Below are positions 1 through 13,704 of a stretch of DNA of 64,000 nt, in pieces. The notes beneath the pieces were generated by a model. The model was not told the origin of the DNA, did not search any database, and was given only the letters and a program-made list of their open reading frames with translations. Location: the NCBI GenBank assembly GCA_030264375.1, contig JASCQW010000190.1, forward strand, positions 15,843,219 through 15,907,218, written 5' to 3'. This DNA comes from Carcharhinus longimanus (Eukaryota). Positions within the stretch are counted from its first letter, which is position 1; each line of letters begins with the position of its first letter. Both the position numbers and the translations under genes were made by a program.

Positions 1-730
1 CTCAAACAGTTATTTAAAGAGCTTGCAATGAATTTATTAACTGATGGGTGATGAACTCAATTTTCTATAAATATCACTAAATTGTGTACAGCTCCATTTC
101 AACAATTAAGGAGAGCAAAATCACAGAAAGTAAACAAAGCCAGACTGAACTGTTAATGGAATTATATCAATCATCTTTTTTTATGTCAAGTTTCAATTGT
201 GTACACAGAAGCATAATTGCAATCAGAAGTCTTAGTAACTGTATTAAGGTTACAATCACCCATCTACGCAGACTCAATATTTCAATCTCAAATGTGGATT
301 TGCATGTTATTTTGTAACGTGCGGTTTTAAGTTTTTTTCATTAAGCTTTTTTTTTAAAACTGTCAGCATCCTACTGCTACTCAACACCCAGTAATCACAC
401 ACGCAAGTTTTCTCATCAAAACACCAAAGCATTCAGTACTATGGAACACTTTTCCCTCCCCCAGAAATATGGGTTCATATGTTACCTATTATCAAAAGCG
501 AAAATGTTAGCAACTGATGTGTATGAAGTTAAATGTAATGAAAGATGTCACATATAGACATAAATCTACAAGATTTGCTGCTGGTGCACATCTCCAGGTT
601 TTTTCCCCATTTAAACTTTAATCTGAAGTTACTGAGTGGATTTGAAAAGTTGCAATGAGGGAGGGAAGGGGTTTGTCTGATGGTTGGTGCTCTGGGAGGC
701 AAGATGCTAGAGCAACAGAGCAGAGACAGT
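1..730 (-). other. USP10: USP10 3'UTR (3' end approximate)
   Basis: Lies between the TGA at 731-733 and the AATAAA. No recognisable repeats; AU-rich. Confidence 0.7.
33..38 (-). terminator. Putative polyadenylation signal AATAAA of USP10
   Basis: Plus-strand TTTATT at 33-38 reads AATAAA on the gene strand, about 700 nt downstream of the stop codon. Confidence 0.6.
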
Positions 731-918
731 TCACAGCAGATCAACTCGGCGATAGTACAGGAGGTAGGCTGTACGTTCAGCAGAGGGCTTCACAACCTGG
801 TACTGATTGATCACTTTCACTATCTGGTCATCAATGCGCAGCCAGCCGTTCAGACCAATGTGGAAGACATCTGTAGTGTAATGTCCACCAGTTGCACTAT
901 TTCCATGGTGATAGACGA
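731..918 (-). CDS. USP10: USP10 last coding exon (exon 14), His box and catalytic Asp region
   Basis: Encodes [61 protein letters not shown]. Acceptor tcctcttttcag; 188 nt. Confidence 0.98.
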
Positions 919-3900
919 CTGAAAAGAGGAAAAAACAACATTGTGGGGGACTGAAAATAAACATGATATTTAAACTATTATTCTACAATCAGTAATAGTC
1001 AATATTCTGTAGCTGATGTTTTCACACTTTCATAAATATTTTATACATTTTAATACAACAGATTTAGGATTCTTGAATCATCTGCTTTTGTAATAATAAG
1101 ATTACAAAGTAATGACAGTCTTTCGTCCTATTTAGGCTATGCTTCCATCAAAATATTCATGGTCCACTCCCAATTTTGGAGCAGTAACTTGCAATTTCAC
1201 CTTATGTAACTCCATTTTATAAATTTGTTGTGGTAGATATGGAACTGGAGAGATCACAATTCCATAAATGATCAGGTATTTCAAAACAATACAAATTTAA
1301 AGAAACTATTGCCATATCTATGTTCATAATAATCCATGATTATTAGATGCTGATTTATAATCAGTGTGTCACTCCCTTTCAAATGTGACTGTATAGGCAA
1401 ACTGCACAAGACTGCCCCAAAGTTTTCTTTACTGTCTCTTGATTCTGAATACGTGTGCATGTGCACACACACGAACATGTGTCCACCCTACCCCCTTGCA
1501 TTTTGGAAACCCTTAAAGGGAATGCGATATAAATTTACCACCTGAAGGTGTCTTGGCTGACATCAATTGTTTCACTATTATTGGACCAACTTCTGACTAG
1601 CCTTGAAATAAAAGCCAACATAGAGTGTGGCACCCATTGAAACTATGTAATGTACAGCAACAATCTTAGTAGCTGAACGGTCTAAGCATAAGTCCACTAG
1701 AAAAAACAAAATCAAAACTGTCCAAGGGAGAATAAAGAACAAAATATTATTTCTATTGAAAAGTTGGAGTATAATACCAGCTGCATTCAGGCAGCCCAGA
1801 AAATGTATTTAACTATCAATTTCTCCTATTACTAGAATATTTAAGGGGCCAACCATCTTAGGATTTTAAATCAAAAAGTAAAATTAAACTATTTGAAAGT
1901 AAATTGTTTAGAATTGAAAGTCATGTGATAACTTTCAGAAACAATTTTACTCAGTGCAGTTTTTGACAGAAGCAAAATTATCCTAAGCATTTTCTGATCA
2001 AATAGTTAAGTAGATAAACAAATCCCACTGTCTTTGTCCCTGCAGAGCATGACTGAACTGCTTTTTATATAAGAATAAATAAAACCTTGTTAGTTCGTCA
2101 AGCCCAAAACATGAGCTTCAAGATGGTGAACAAAAGTGTGTAAACAGTTGAACTATATTAAAACAATTAATAAAACTAAAGTTGCATAGAAAGAATGAAC
2201 AGGCCATACCATGTTCGGTTTACCAGCACCTATGCACTGCTCTCCCCCCTCCACCACCCCCCCCCCACCCTCAAAAATCAACCCCAGATGGACAGCAGGC
2301 AGGGCAGCCACATCACATGATTCATTTCCAAAAGTGGAAATGCCATAGTTGTGATTCATACATATACCCGTTTGCTGAAAAGAGCTCTATCAGTACACCA
2401 GCTGGATGCTATGATAATTATTTAATTTGACTAACTGTTCTTGTTGCCTAACGTATACTTGTAACATTAAAGCATGTCATATATCAGTTAAACAGCCATA
2501 AGACAGCCCCTTATACAGTATTAAAGTACACTGTCTTTTATCTCCCAGTCAATGTTTATATTTCAAGGAAACTGTGGTTGTGTGTTATACAGAAACATCC
2601 TAACTAAAAGGGTACAAAGATAATCAAAGGCTCAGACGTCTTTTGAAAGATGTATTTTGAGAGCAGGCCCACACCAGGTTCTTAGAAAAAAATAGAAACT
2701 GCAGATTTTAGTACAGATTTAGTAATACAGATCAATGAAAAGTTTAGGAGTGATTTTTTATAGCTGGGTCAACCAACTCTGATCAGATGGCATTTGATTT
2801 AAAAAGTAACATTACTGGGATTAAAAGAAATAAGACATTTGTATAAGACAAATTTCCAGGGTGTCTTAAAGCACTTCAACGTATTATTTTTTGCAAAGTT
2901 GTGCAAGTATAAACATAGTAGCCAATTGGCACATGGCAAATTTCCCTAAAAAAGCCAATGATGTGATCTACTAGACGATTTTTGCTTTGCCCATTGTGAA
3001 CCAAACTGATGTAAAATGTGTTTTTAATTTTATTTCAAAGTCCTTACCGCACAAATTCAACAGCACAACTGACACAAGAACTAATAAAGTATCGCATGTT
3101 GCTTTCAATTTTTTCCACCAACGTGCCAAATGAATTTTATGTGCACCAATTGAGGCGGTGTGGATGTGTGCCACCAGTAAAAAATAAAAAACCACATTTT
3201 CAGAAAGGTACCGTAGGTACGGAAGAAAGGATACCGACCCCAGTCATTGGCATGGTGGCACATGCTATCCCACAAATTACCAGCTTTAGTGTATTCAATT
3301 TTTAATTTACTATGGTAGCATTTGAACTGTCTCTGGGTTTTAAGTTCAATGCAATAATGACTACACTACTATTTTGTTGGAGAAGCATTTCCTTTTATAT
3401 TTAGCTTATATTTTAGTCATTTGACAAATGTCAAATTGGTAGCCATGGATCAAGACAAGGATCTTTTATTTCAATTTCACAAACTCAAATTCAAAGGAGC
3501 TAAGGAGGCTTGTATTTGGAATTGATAGAAAACGTGGAAACGGTGACTTTATTCAGCGTGAAACTTTTCTTAACTGAAACTGCTGTGAATAATAAGGGGA
3601 ATAGCTCAGTAATTACTTTACACAACAATCATTAAACAGAGGTAAGTGTCTCTGCAAATTTGATGGGTGGAGGTCAGAATAAATTAACAGAATATTGAAG
3701 GAGGAAACTATATTTGGAAACTGAGGAAGAAGGGAGCAATGTGGTAAAGGGAGAAAGGAATTCCAGGAGGGAGAATGGCCAGAGGTAGTTTTTTTGCAGA
3801 AGTAATAGGATGGACTCCACCTACAATTTTTTAAATTAAAATCCATTAATTGTGAAATAACAAANNNNNNNNNNTCACCACTTTTAAAGTGAGCTGTCTC

Positions 3901-6900
3901 TTACAATGCATACAAAAGAGAATTGCAGAGATGTGGCAAAGGCAACATTTTCAGCATGACTGTTTTAACAAACTGCTATGATTAGTGAGGAAAATAGCTC
4001 AGTACTTGCCATACATAAACAATTAAGCAGAGGTAAGTGTTTCTGCAAATTTGGAGGATGAAGGTCAGAGAGAGACAAAGAGAGAGACTGTGTCTATGTA
4101 TGCCTGGTTTAAAATGTCCCACTAGATATTCTTGCAAGAACCTTTGCATTATTTCCAGATCTGGGTTAGCAATCCAGAATGTTTCCCAAATTCCCTACAT
4201 ATATCCCTGTGTTTTTAATGTGTCAAATGTGTTTGGTATCAGCTTTCTTTTAACAATTCCACAAAACCAGATGCAGCATTAACTGGCCCAAAAATCCACT
4301 CACTAACTTTCAGCTTCAACACCCCCTTGCTAAACCTCTCTCACGCTTTCTCCATTCCTGAGCCTCCAACATTGCTTCTCTTCCCAACCCACCCTCTTAC
4401 AGCCCTTCTTCCAAGCCATTGCTCAGAGCGAAGATTTTGAGCGGAAGGCAGCAACAGGGCCATAGGAAAGATAAGTGCTGACATAGCTTCAGGAACGGAC
4501 ACAAATGAATTTTGGCTGCAAGTCCACCTGATTAATGCAGTCAAATCTGGCTCTCTTCTGTCATAGGGAGTCTGCCAGTTCTTTGCTCATAGGCTAGAGT
4601 GGCAGTAAACGTCATTTAATCATCAGGATGAGTACAGCTGTGAAATGAAGTGTACGGCACTTGGACTGTTCCATGCTGTGCGGGTGAGCAGCTTAGATGG
4701 AGCACTGCTTGTGTGTACATTAGTTTGGGGTTCATCTCGACTGACAGTCAAGCTATGCAGATTCTCAACAGTTCTGCTGCCAGTCCGTCTATATGAATCT
4801 TTTTAAAATTGGTTTAATCAATTTTTCAGAACTTATTGGCAGCCAGTGTGCTGGCATTATCCATGCACAAACTATTATGCATAGTAGAAGTTTAATCGGA
4901 TTATCAGGTTTAAAGTCAGACATGTAATACTTTATGAACAGTCCCACAAAGTTTGGTCAAGCTTTTTAAAAGATGAAATATGTAAAATCTGCAAAAAACA
5001 GTTGGCCATGTCTAATACTACTGCTGCATTAGACTGTAGTATGCCTGCTAAAAAGTGGTGGCTGGGGACATAAAATGGAAAGATAATTTGACTGACATAT
5101 TTAAAAGAGGAAAGGATAGTTTGATGGTGTGATCAAATTTCAGCAAGATGCGCTGACATGGTAACATGTTTCATTGACTGGCTTATGTCAGCATTTCACT
5201 TTCATGAACACCAAGGATTAAAAATGTTATCCAGCAGCGAAAGACCAAACAGACCACTGACTAACCCCAGAAGTCAACAATCCCACTTACAAAGGCATGA
5301 CAATGCTATAGCAACCAGTGTCTTAAGATGACGCACTTTGAGATAGAGAGTACTGTACTAAAGCAGGGAACTGTTTTTGTGGTTTGGAGGGTTTACAGGA
5401 CATTTTATCCTTTCTTATAAAACTGCAAAAACATTGAATCAACCCCAAAAATGACTTTTTTTTAAATTGAAAATTCAGTAACATCACATGTGCGCGCCAG
5501 GAAAAGCCAAAAATTAAGAACGGCACAAAAATATATTTCATATGATTACTGAAAAATGATGCATATGCACTCCAAATATGAATTTGTAAGCAAGCTACGA
5601 TTCGTTTGCAATTTTCATTGAGTCACTACATCAATAGACTACTTTGAAAATACTAAAATCACAATGAATTAGCAATGAACATTTCTCTCAACACAATATA
5701 CAGCCAGAAGTGTATCAAAAACAATTTTTATTCACTAAACTCTAAATAATTAATTTAGCGTTGCAAGGGGTCATCAAATTCCACAAACCAGCCATTATAC
5801 AAGATAATGCCAAGACAGCTAAATAGGTGCTGGGAATGATATGATTGATTCCCAATGTGCTGAATTACCGGATTTATGCCTCAGCATTGGTGCTAATGTT
5901 GGCCTTATGACAAAGGGAAGTGGAACAAAATGATCACTATCCAGTGGCTTCAGTGTTGTAATGATCTGCGTAAGTTTGATGAACTTTGCAATGTACTCCA
6001 CTGTCTGGACTCCCAAGTACAGGATGCTGACATCAAAACCTTAACAGTTGCTAGCACCTTGGAAACCAACCCCAGCAGACTCATCCAGCTAAAGGACAAA
6101 GCAGTAATACAAAGAGTCTCTCAAAGCATGGGAGATTTAACCTTGTTATGGTATAAAACAATGTTTGCTTTAATTTGTTTTAGTGTGGCAAAATCACAAG
6201 AAAACTCCATTCTAGAAACTAATTTAAAATGTAAATTTTTGATTTCCTTTGGCAGGTATTAAAAGGTTAGACAGAAAACAAATTACATTTTTGAGTGTGC
6301 TCCAGTTTCCTGCTTGAACTTGAGTAGAGCGGTCTGGTATTTTATTGTACGTACGAAGCTTTCAATGAATCAGAATACTTTGCATATAAAAACTTGGACA
6401 AAGTGAATACCAACCGTTGTTCTGCTGGATCCCCAGAATAGAGCAGCTCATCCCTATGAATGTTAGGATTCTAGGTTCCATTTAGAACAGGAAGGAAACT
6501 TAAGAATGATAGCAGTCTGACCAAATATTAAGAAACATTTTAAATTCCCCGTAACCATTTAATTTTAAAATTGGAGAACTTGTTAGCTCTGCACGATTTT
6601 TCATTTATTTCATAATACACTCAAACATGTTTTAGATGTTTTTGTATATATAATTTTTTAAATATAAAGTCACAGTATATTCTTTAAACTTCCAATTGTA
6701 TCCAAACAAAATTTTACTTCTCGTCATCATAATCTAGTATAAAGTTTGCATTCCTCTATTGGATTGTGCACAGAAAACCAAAACGTAAGTGTCTAGACAT
6801 TGGGTGTCCACCAGGGAATTCCCAGGGATCCCAAGATGTCAATGCTACATTTTTTATGTATTTGTTAGGTTACTGGATTGTTTATTTATATTAGCCAGAA

Positions 6901-7429
6901 ATATATTTTTGCAAGGATAGAATGGCGTCCTTTTGACCAGTTAACACACACTTTTTTTCAAAAGAAGTGAAGACAGGTGTTATGTCTATGTTTGAAGAAA
7001 GATCCCAGAGTAGCAAAATTTGCTCTTGGCCCACTCATACGAAAAAGTTTGAAATGTCATTATTGTAGAAAGCAAAATGATACAGGGTAAATAAAACCTA
7101 CTTGAAGTTACAGCACTGCAGGTTCTAAAGTATTGTTTGTTTAAAAAAATGTGCAGTATCCTGAAGACATTTGTTTCTGGTACTTACGTTAACACACATC
7201 CTCCCATTGAAGATAACGAAACATTAGAGCAAATTAAACTCCCAGCAGTCAGAGGTCTATGGTAAATACCATGTATTTCACCCTGTCAAGCAAACGTGTC
7301 GTCCCTCAGCTACAGATGGAGTCACGGTCACATTTGCTTATTTACCTCAGGTGAAACTCAAATGTCCATTGCAGGAATAATGTGGTAAAAATTATAACAA
7401 ACCAAACAGTGTAAATACTTTTAGAACAG

Positions 7430-8295
7430 CAACTGCTTAGCAATAACCTACTCACTGACACTCAATTTAGGTTTTGCCAGGGTCACTCAGCTCCTGACCT
7501 CATTACAACCTTGGCTCAAACTTAGACAAAAAAGCTGAATTCCAGTGGTTAGAGTGACTGCCCTCGACATCCAGGTAGCGTTTGACTGAGTGTTGCATCA
7601 GGGAGCCCCAGTAAAACTGAAGCCAATGGGAGCTGGGGGAATCCTACGCTGGTTGGAGTCATACCTGGCACAAAGGAAGATGGTTGCGGCGGTTGGAGGT
7701 CAATCTCAGCTCCAGGACATGATTGCAGGAGTTCCTCAGGGTAGTGTCCTAGGCCCAACCATCTTCAGCTGAATAGTTAATGACTTAACTTCCATAAGGT
7801 CAGAGATGGGAATGTTCACTAATGATGGCACAATGGTCAGCACCATTCATGACTTCTCAGATACCTGCAGCAGTCCATGCCCAAATGCAGCAAGACTTGG
7901 ACAACATTCAGGCTCAGGCTGACAACTGATGAGTAACATTTGTGCCATGCAATCATCTCTAGTAAAAGAGAATCTACCGATTGCCCCATTACATTTAATG
8001 GCATTATCACTGCTGAATCCTCACCATCAACACCTGAGGTTACCAATGACTAAAATTGCACTGGACTTGCCAAATAAATACTGTGGCTACACGAACAGGT
8101 CAGAGGCTCTTTCCCTCCCTCCATTACCAAGCACTAGTACCTTCAAGATGCATTGCAGGAACTCACCAAGGCTCCTTATGAGTACCTTCCAAACCCACGA
8201 CTGCTACTGTCTATAAGGACAAGGACAGCAGATGAGCTGGGAGTATCACCACCTGGAAGTTCTCCTTCAATTCTCACACAATCCTAACTTAGAAA
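7430..8295 (+). mobile_element. Degenerate CR1/L2-group LINE fragment (RT and 3' region), family A
   Basis: Encodes LRWLESYLAQRKMVAAVGGQ...[14 protein letters not shown] with frameshifts. Homologous to 12110-12910 and 19640-22000. Confidence 0.85.
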
Positions 8296-8518
8296 AAGGA
8301 TAACAGGCTAGCGGTTTATTTTTCTTAACTCCAATGGGTTGAGAATGAAGTCTTTGTTAGACTAGCTAGTGACATTTATTTCAGCATCAGTGGTGTATCA
8401 GACAGATTGCAAGCCAAGAACTAAAGAAAATAATTAGCAATGGGACAAGAAAAAAATGAAAATTAAATTATGCAACACAATACTGACTGATTTGGTAACA
8501 TACTTTCTATGCAAGTAT

Positions 8519-8731
8519 GCTGACATACCATTGGGATTTGAGTAAGTATTGAAATACCCAAAGTTAACATCTAATAGGTGGGTATACATTTGAGGATATT
8601 TTAAAAAGTGTGCACTTCTATGCAAGTGCACAGTTTTCTAAAATAAAAATCCTCAAATGTATACCCACCTATTAGATGTTAACTTTGAATGGGTATTTCA
8701 ATACTTACTCAAATCACAATGGTATGTCAGC
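8519..8731. repeat. Near-perfect inverted repeat (213-bp palindrome)
   Basis: 8519-8602 is the reverse complement of 8644-8731 with few differences. The spacer is itself a hairpin. Confidence 0.95.
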
Positions 8732-11295
8732 CATTTCCTCAGCTCACCCTAAGAGTACCTACCAGACTCAGCTGTTTGCAGTTAACTGTGTCTATTAGCA
8801 CTACATCCATAAGTAGAATGTGAAAGTTTCAAAACAGCTTGCACATTAACCTTAAATGAATACTATTTTTATGCTGATGCTAAGTACAACCTAGCACACA
8901 GAATAAATGAAGTCTTAATCCCTTTGATCTGTACCCAGGTTATTTTTGGAATGGTGTAGTTTTCTAAAGTATATTAATCTCTTCCTCTAGCAAAAACATT
9001 TTTCTTTGAAGGACAAAAAAAATTCCCCTGCTCACATACTTAATCATTCATTTAATTTCCCATTAAACCATCCCTCAAACTTTTTATTATTCCTGTTTCA
9101 TGTAAAAAAGGTAATTAAATTGTACTCAACATGGAAATATTTAATCCATCTAGACTAATGATGAGTGTGAAATGGGTTTCAACATGAGTCAAACCACAAG
9201 CCTCATTCAGATATCCTTCAAAGACTACAAAGGTGCTTGATTAGGGAGGTTGAAACCAATTCAACACACTTAGTATTTCCAAAATTGTGGTTAATGCTAC
9301 ACATTAGTTGGATGCGCTTGATACTGATAAAAGGTACAAAAAGTGGGAGCAATCAATTCTTCAGCATATATGTCCTTCACTGATGAAAACGTGGTAAAAC
9401 GTAGCTATAGAGCAGAAGAACCTTAATTTTTATTTTGACTCAAAAATGAATAAATAATTGCAATATTCTATTGCAAATATTAAACGTCATAATTAAAGAG
9501 GATCATTAACTCCATTAGAGATGCAAATTATTCACGTGGGTCCCAGAATTCACATGCTTTGAAGGGAATAAAAATAGCAGATTTACATTACTGTTTGGGA
9601 GTATCCAGAGTGTACCACGTTGCTGTGGAGGTTAGGAGGTTTAATTTGTCTGTGTGTTCGTGCTTCCAGAAACAGGCATTCAACTAGGTTGCAGCTTAAA
9701 GGCAAAAGTGAGAAAAATCAGTGAGGGGCTTAAAAAAAAAACAGCTGTGGGGTCATATTGGCAAAAAGCAATCTGTGCCAGCCAAAGCCAGGAGAAGAAG
9801 GAGTGTACAGGCCATGGGAACTAGGGTTACTCCTGATTTTTAAAAACCACTCAGCACAATTGTACTTAAGCACAAGCTGAACTGAGGCATTCCCAATGGG
9901 GTTTTGAAGTTGAGGGTAGCTTATCCAAAAACAAATGGAAGGATTCCCATATGAAATCTCATACCTTGGTGAATAGCTGAAATACTTGAGCGATGCAATT
10001 CTAGAAAGCTTAGCTTTGGTCCAAAAGAAAAAGACTGGATTTATACTCAAGTCTTGACAAGTCTCAAGTTAGCTATGCTTGCTTTGTTTAATTGTTTTTA
10101 TATAAAGTTTATGCATGTTTGAAAATGTGAAAGAAGTAGCACCATATGATATCATGTTAATTATTGGGTGTTTGAATTTCTCTAAGTGCTAATGATCTTT
10201 ATAGAGATTTTAATTGAGGATACACAAGCTATTACTACAATGGCTATAAACAATCGGTCCCTTACAAAATGTTGACAAATTAATTTCCTGGGAAACCAAC
10301 ATGAACATCTACAATCATAAGGACTGAATTAACTGAATCTAACAAGTAGGATGGAACATAACAAACATTAAGCCAGCTCTTCAGTACGAGGACACTAATG
10401 TCAAATTACAGCACTTTACAAACAATTGGTAGATGATGGAAATGTAAGTTTAAATACATCAATACTCCCTGCAGAAGTATTTAGCTTATTTGGAATGAGC
10501 GCAGCTGTATTTGAATCTTCTGCAGACAAACCAACTCAAAGAAAACAAGATGAACAGATAAAAACGTTGAACAAGAATCTCTAGACGAACACTGCTGGTG
10601 GGGAGCAAAGCATCAACATTTACCCTCTTTAAACTCAGGCTTATGCGAAGAACTCTGCATCTGGTCAGCCAAGGGTTAATATTAAGCAGCATGTATTCAT
10701 TACTCCTGGAATGAACACAGATTTTGAAGTAGCCATGCCTTTTGCATACAAAATATAGGGCTCGATTTTGGTTTTTTAAAAAACTTTATGCTATATTGAA
10801 CTCCAGCCTGGTCTTCCAGGCGATTAGGATTTTCATAACAGCGCTCCTATGCAAACACCTCTATCAAAATCCATTTGCCCATTTAAAATTTCAAATAAGC
10901 ATCCTATATTCTTCTCACATAAAGTAGGCAGAAAGTGGTTTTCTTCTCGAGGGGAGGTAAGAAATTCATTCTTACTCACTATGTAAATTGCATTCTTATA
11001 AGTTATAGTTCTGAAAGTAGTTAAGAACTAAATGTACACTCGATGAGACATCAGGCTATTAAAATGTTCACGCCCTTTGGGGGGAAAATATTCAATCATT
11101 ATTCCTTTGATTTAAACAGTAACTTCTCCCATATGCACACATGAGGATTTGGCAACAACAAAGCATCAAGCAATACTGAATTTAGCAGTGCTGCAAAGTC
11201 TGCTGAAATTTAATTCCCAAAGAGTACGCTTTTTAACATTTCAGTACTTTTCGCATTGATAGTTAAACATCAAACGTTTTTAATCTCTTACATAC

Positions 11296-11361
11296 CTGCA
11301 AACAGCCTATAGGTTCGTTGGACTTTGAAAATCTTACCCTTCACACCAGGAGAAAGGAGAT
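11296..11361 (-). CDS. USP10: USP10 exon 13
   Basis: 66 nt, DLLSPGVKGKIFKVQRTYRLFA. Junctions ttttag| and |gtatgt; phase 1-1. Confidence 0.96.
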
Positions 11362-12109
11362 CTAAAAGCAAAGCAATAGTTTCAGTAAAAGCTTATTTTG
11401 TTATAGTCAGGTTTCAACACAATACAGGAACTACGTGGGAAAAGTCAACCGTGAGGAGATAGTTGTGGAGCAAGCTTACATAATACAGTAGATTCAGCTG
11501 AATACACATCAAAACTCAAATGTATCAAATTCAGTCTCGAAAGCTCAGTACCCTGCATTAAAATATTGCTGCAAACAATAAACATGCAGTTAGCATCAGA
11601 ACAAAAGGAAAATGAAAGAGTTGCTGTGTCTTACCTCAATGGAATATCTTTTTAGTACACCAAAACTAACCTGTCATTACTCTAAGTTAATAATGCATTT
11701 TGCTTACACCCTAATGTGTAGAAAACTTAGACATTTGAGAAAACAAGGAACTGAGCCATTAATTTCCTTTAGTCAGTGTATCAGGAGCGAATTACAAAAG
11801 CATATTGAATGCACAACAGTAATGTACTATAAATGTGAAGTGCTGAATTTTATGTGCCCCGTGTTTGATTGGAATCAAGACTTGCCATATAAAATTTAAA
11901 TAAAAGCTAAAAAGGCTCCAAGAAATAGTTGAATGAATGTTTTCTCAAAAGGGAGGGAAGGGATCTTCTGAGTCTGTGCACTAACTAGGATAGTGTTTTT
12001 CTTTCAACTGCTTCACACGCACATACATAAAATGACTACAGAACTTGCTGTCCCTCGCCCAAGATGACTGCTTCAAATCTACTTCATGCATTCGACTTAT
12101 CATTTCCCT

Positions 12110-12910
12110 ATTTGGGCTCATACCTAGCACAAAAGAAAATGGTTGTGGTTGTTGGAGATTAAATATCTCAGCCCCAGGGCAGTTCCTCTGAGTACCTGCA
12201 GGTCTAATCACCTTCAGCTGCTTCAATGTTCCCCCTTCCATCATAAGGTCAGATGTGGAGATGTCTGCTGATGATTGCAGTTCCAAACCATACTGAAGCA
12301 GCCCACCTCTACATGCAGCAACATCTGAACAAAATTCAGGCTTGGGCTGATAAGTGGCGAGTAACTCACTTCCTGACTCCCCAAAGTCTGTCCACCATCT
12401 ACAAGGCACAAGTCAGAGATGTAATGGAATACTCCTCACTTTGCCTGGACGAGTGCAACTCCAACAACAAAGAACAACACCACTCGCACAAAACACTCTT
12501 GGCAACACAATCGTCAGCTTAATTATTCACTCCCTCCACAACCAGCACACAATGGCTGCAGTGAGTGCCATCTACAAGAGGTATTGCAGTAACTCACCAA
12601 GCCTCCTTTGACAGTATCTTCCAAATGCTCAATCTCTACAACTTCAAAGGACAAGGACTGCAGACACTTCAGAACAGCACATGCAATTTCCATTCCAAGC
12701 CCCATGCCATCCTGACTTGAATCAGTATTGCCATTTCTTTACTCTTGCTTTGTCCAAAATGTGGAAGTCCTTTCCTAATAGCTGGTGTACCTGCACTAGA
12801 TGGACTGCGGTGGACCAGGAAGGCAACTCAAATTATTTTAAGGGAAATTATGGATAGACAAAAAAATGCTGGACTTGTCAATGAAGCTCAAATCCCATAA
12901 TTAAAAAAAA
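12110..12910 (+). mobile_element. Degenerate LINE family A 3' fragment
   Basis: Encodes IQAWADKWRVT...LSTIYKAQVRDVMEYS. The 3' tail ends in an A-run. Confidence 0.85.
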
Positions 12911-13704
12911 ATCAAACTGCACAAAAAAAAACACAAAATATTTGATTGTGGTGAGCAGAGCTTTTATTGATTTTACTTTAAAATTGCATTATAAACAATG
13001 CCACTGCCTCCTTGTAGAAAAAGCTGACTGCATGATTAGATTGATAACACAATTCAGAATTCACTGAATCGTCACTGCAAGAAACGCTATTTGGCTCTGT
13101 GTCTGCACTAGCTCTCTGAATGAGCAATTCATCCAGTGTCTTTCCTCCATCTTCTCCCTGTAACCTTTTCAGATAACATCCAATTCCTTTTTGAAAGCCT
13201 CAACTGAAATTCTCAGGCAGTGCATATTATGACTTGGCTGTTATGTTTTCTATTTGTGCTCAGCTGCTATTCAATTTGATGCTGTCACTGTGGATCTATG
13301 TGGTATATTTAGTTTGCCTCTGGGATTCTTGTTATCAGGTCTAGGTCTTGTTGGCTCTAATAAAGCTGTGAATGCCTCTCCGTAAGATGCTGGAGTGTTA
13401 ACACAAACCAGTTTCATTTAAAGTTAAAAACAGTAAAAAGAATAAATGTTCTAATTGGTACTTGAAATAATATATAGCCTTAAATTCTAATATGGGAAAA
13501 CTATTGGAACTTACGTCACTGATAAAGTAACAGAACAAAAATTTAAGCAATTTATAAAAGAAACTCATGAGTACTTTTATTTTGGAACAATTCTTGCCCT
13601 CCATCTCAGTCAAAACTTACTCAGCTACTATTATAGGGCAATATCAGGGATCATGTCTCTTATATTTTAATTTCTGCGCCCGTTCATATTTTGTTTGATT
13701 TCAG

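Noticed and set aside
9380-9410. CTGATGA motif as a possible hammerhead or C/D snoRNA (others at 7926, 32705, 48532, 49808)
   Set aside because: No stem II plus GAAA, and no convincing terminal stem with a D box.
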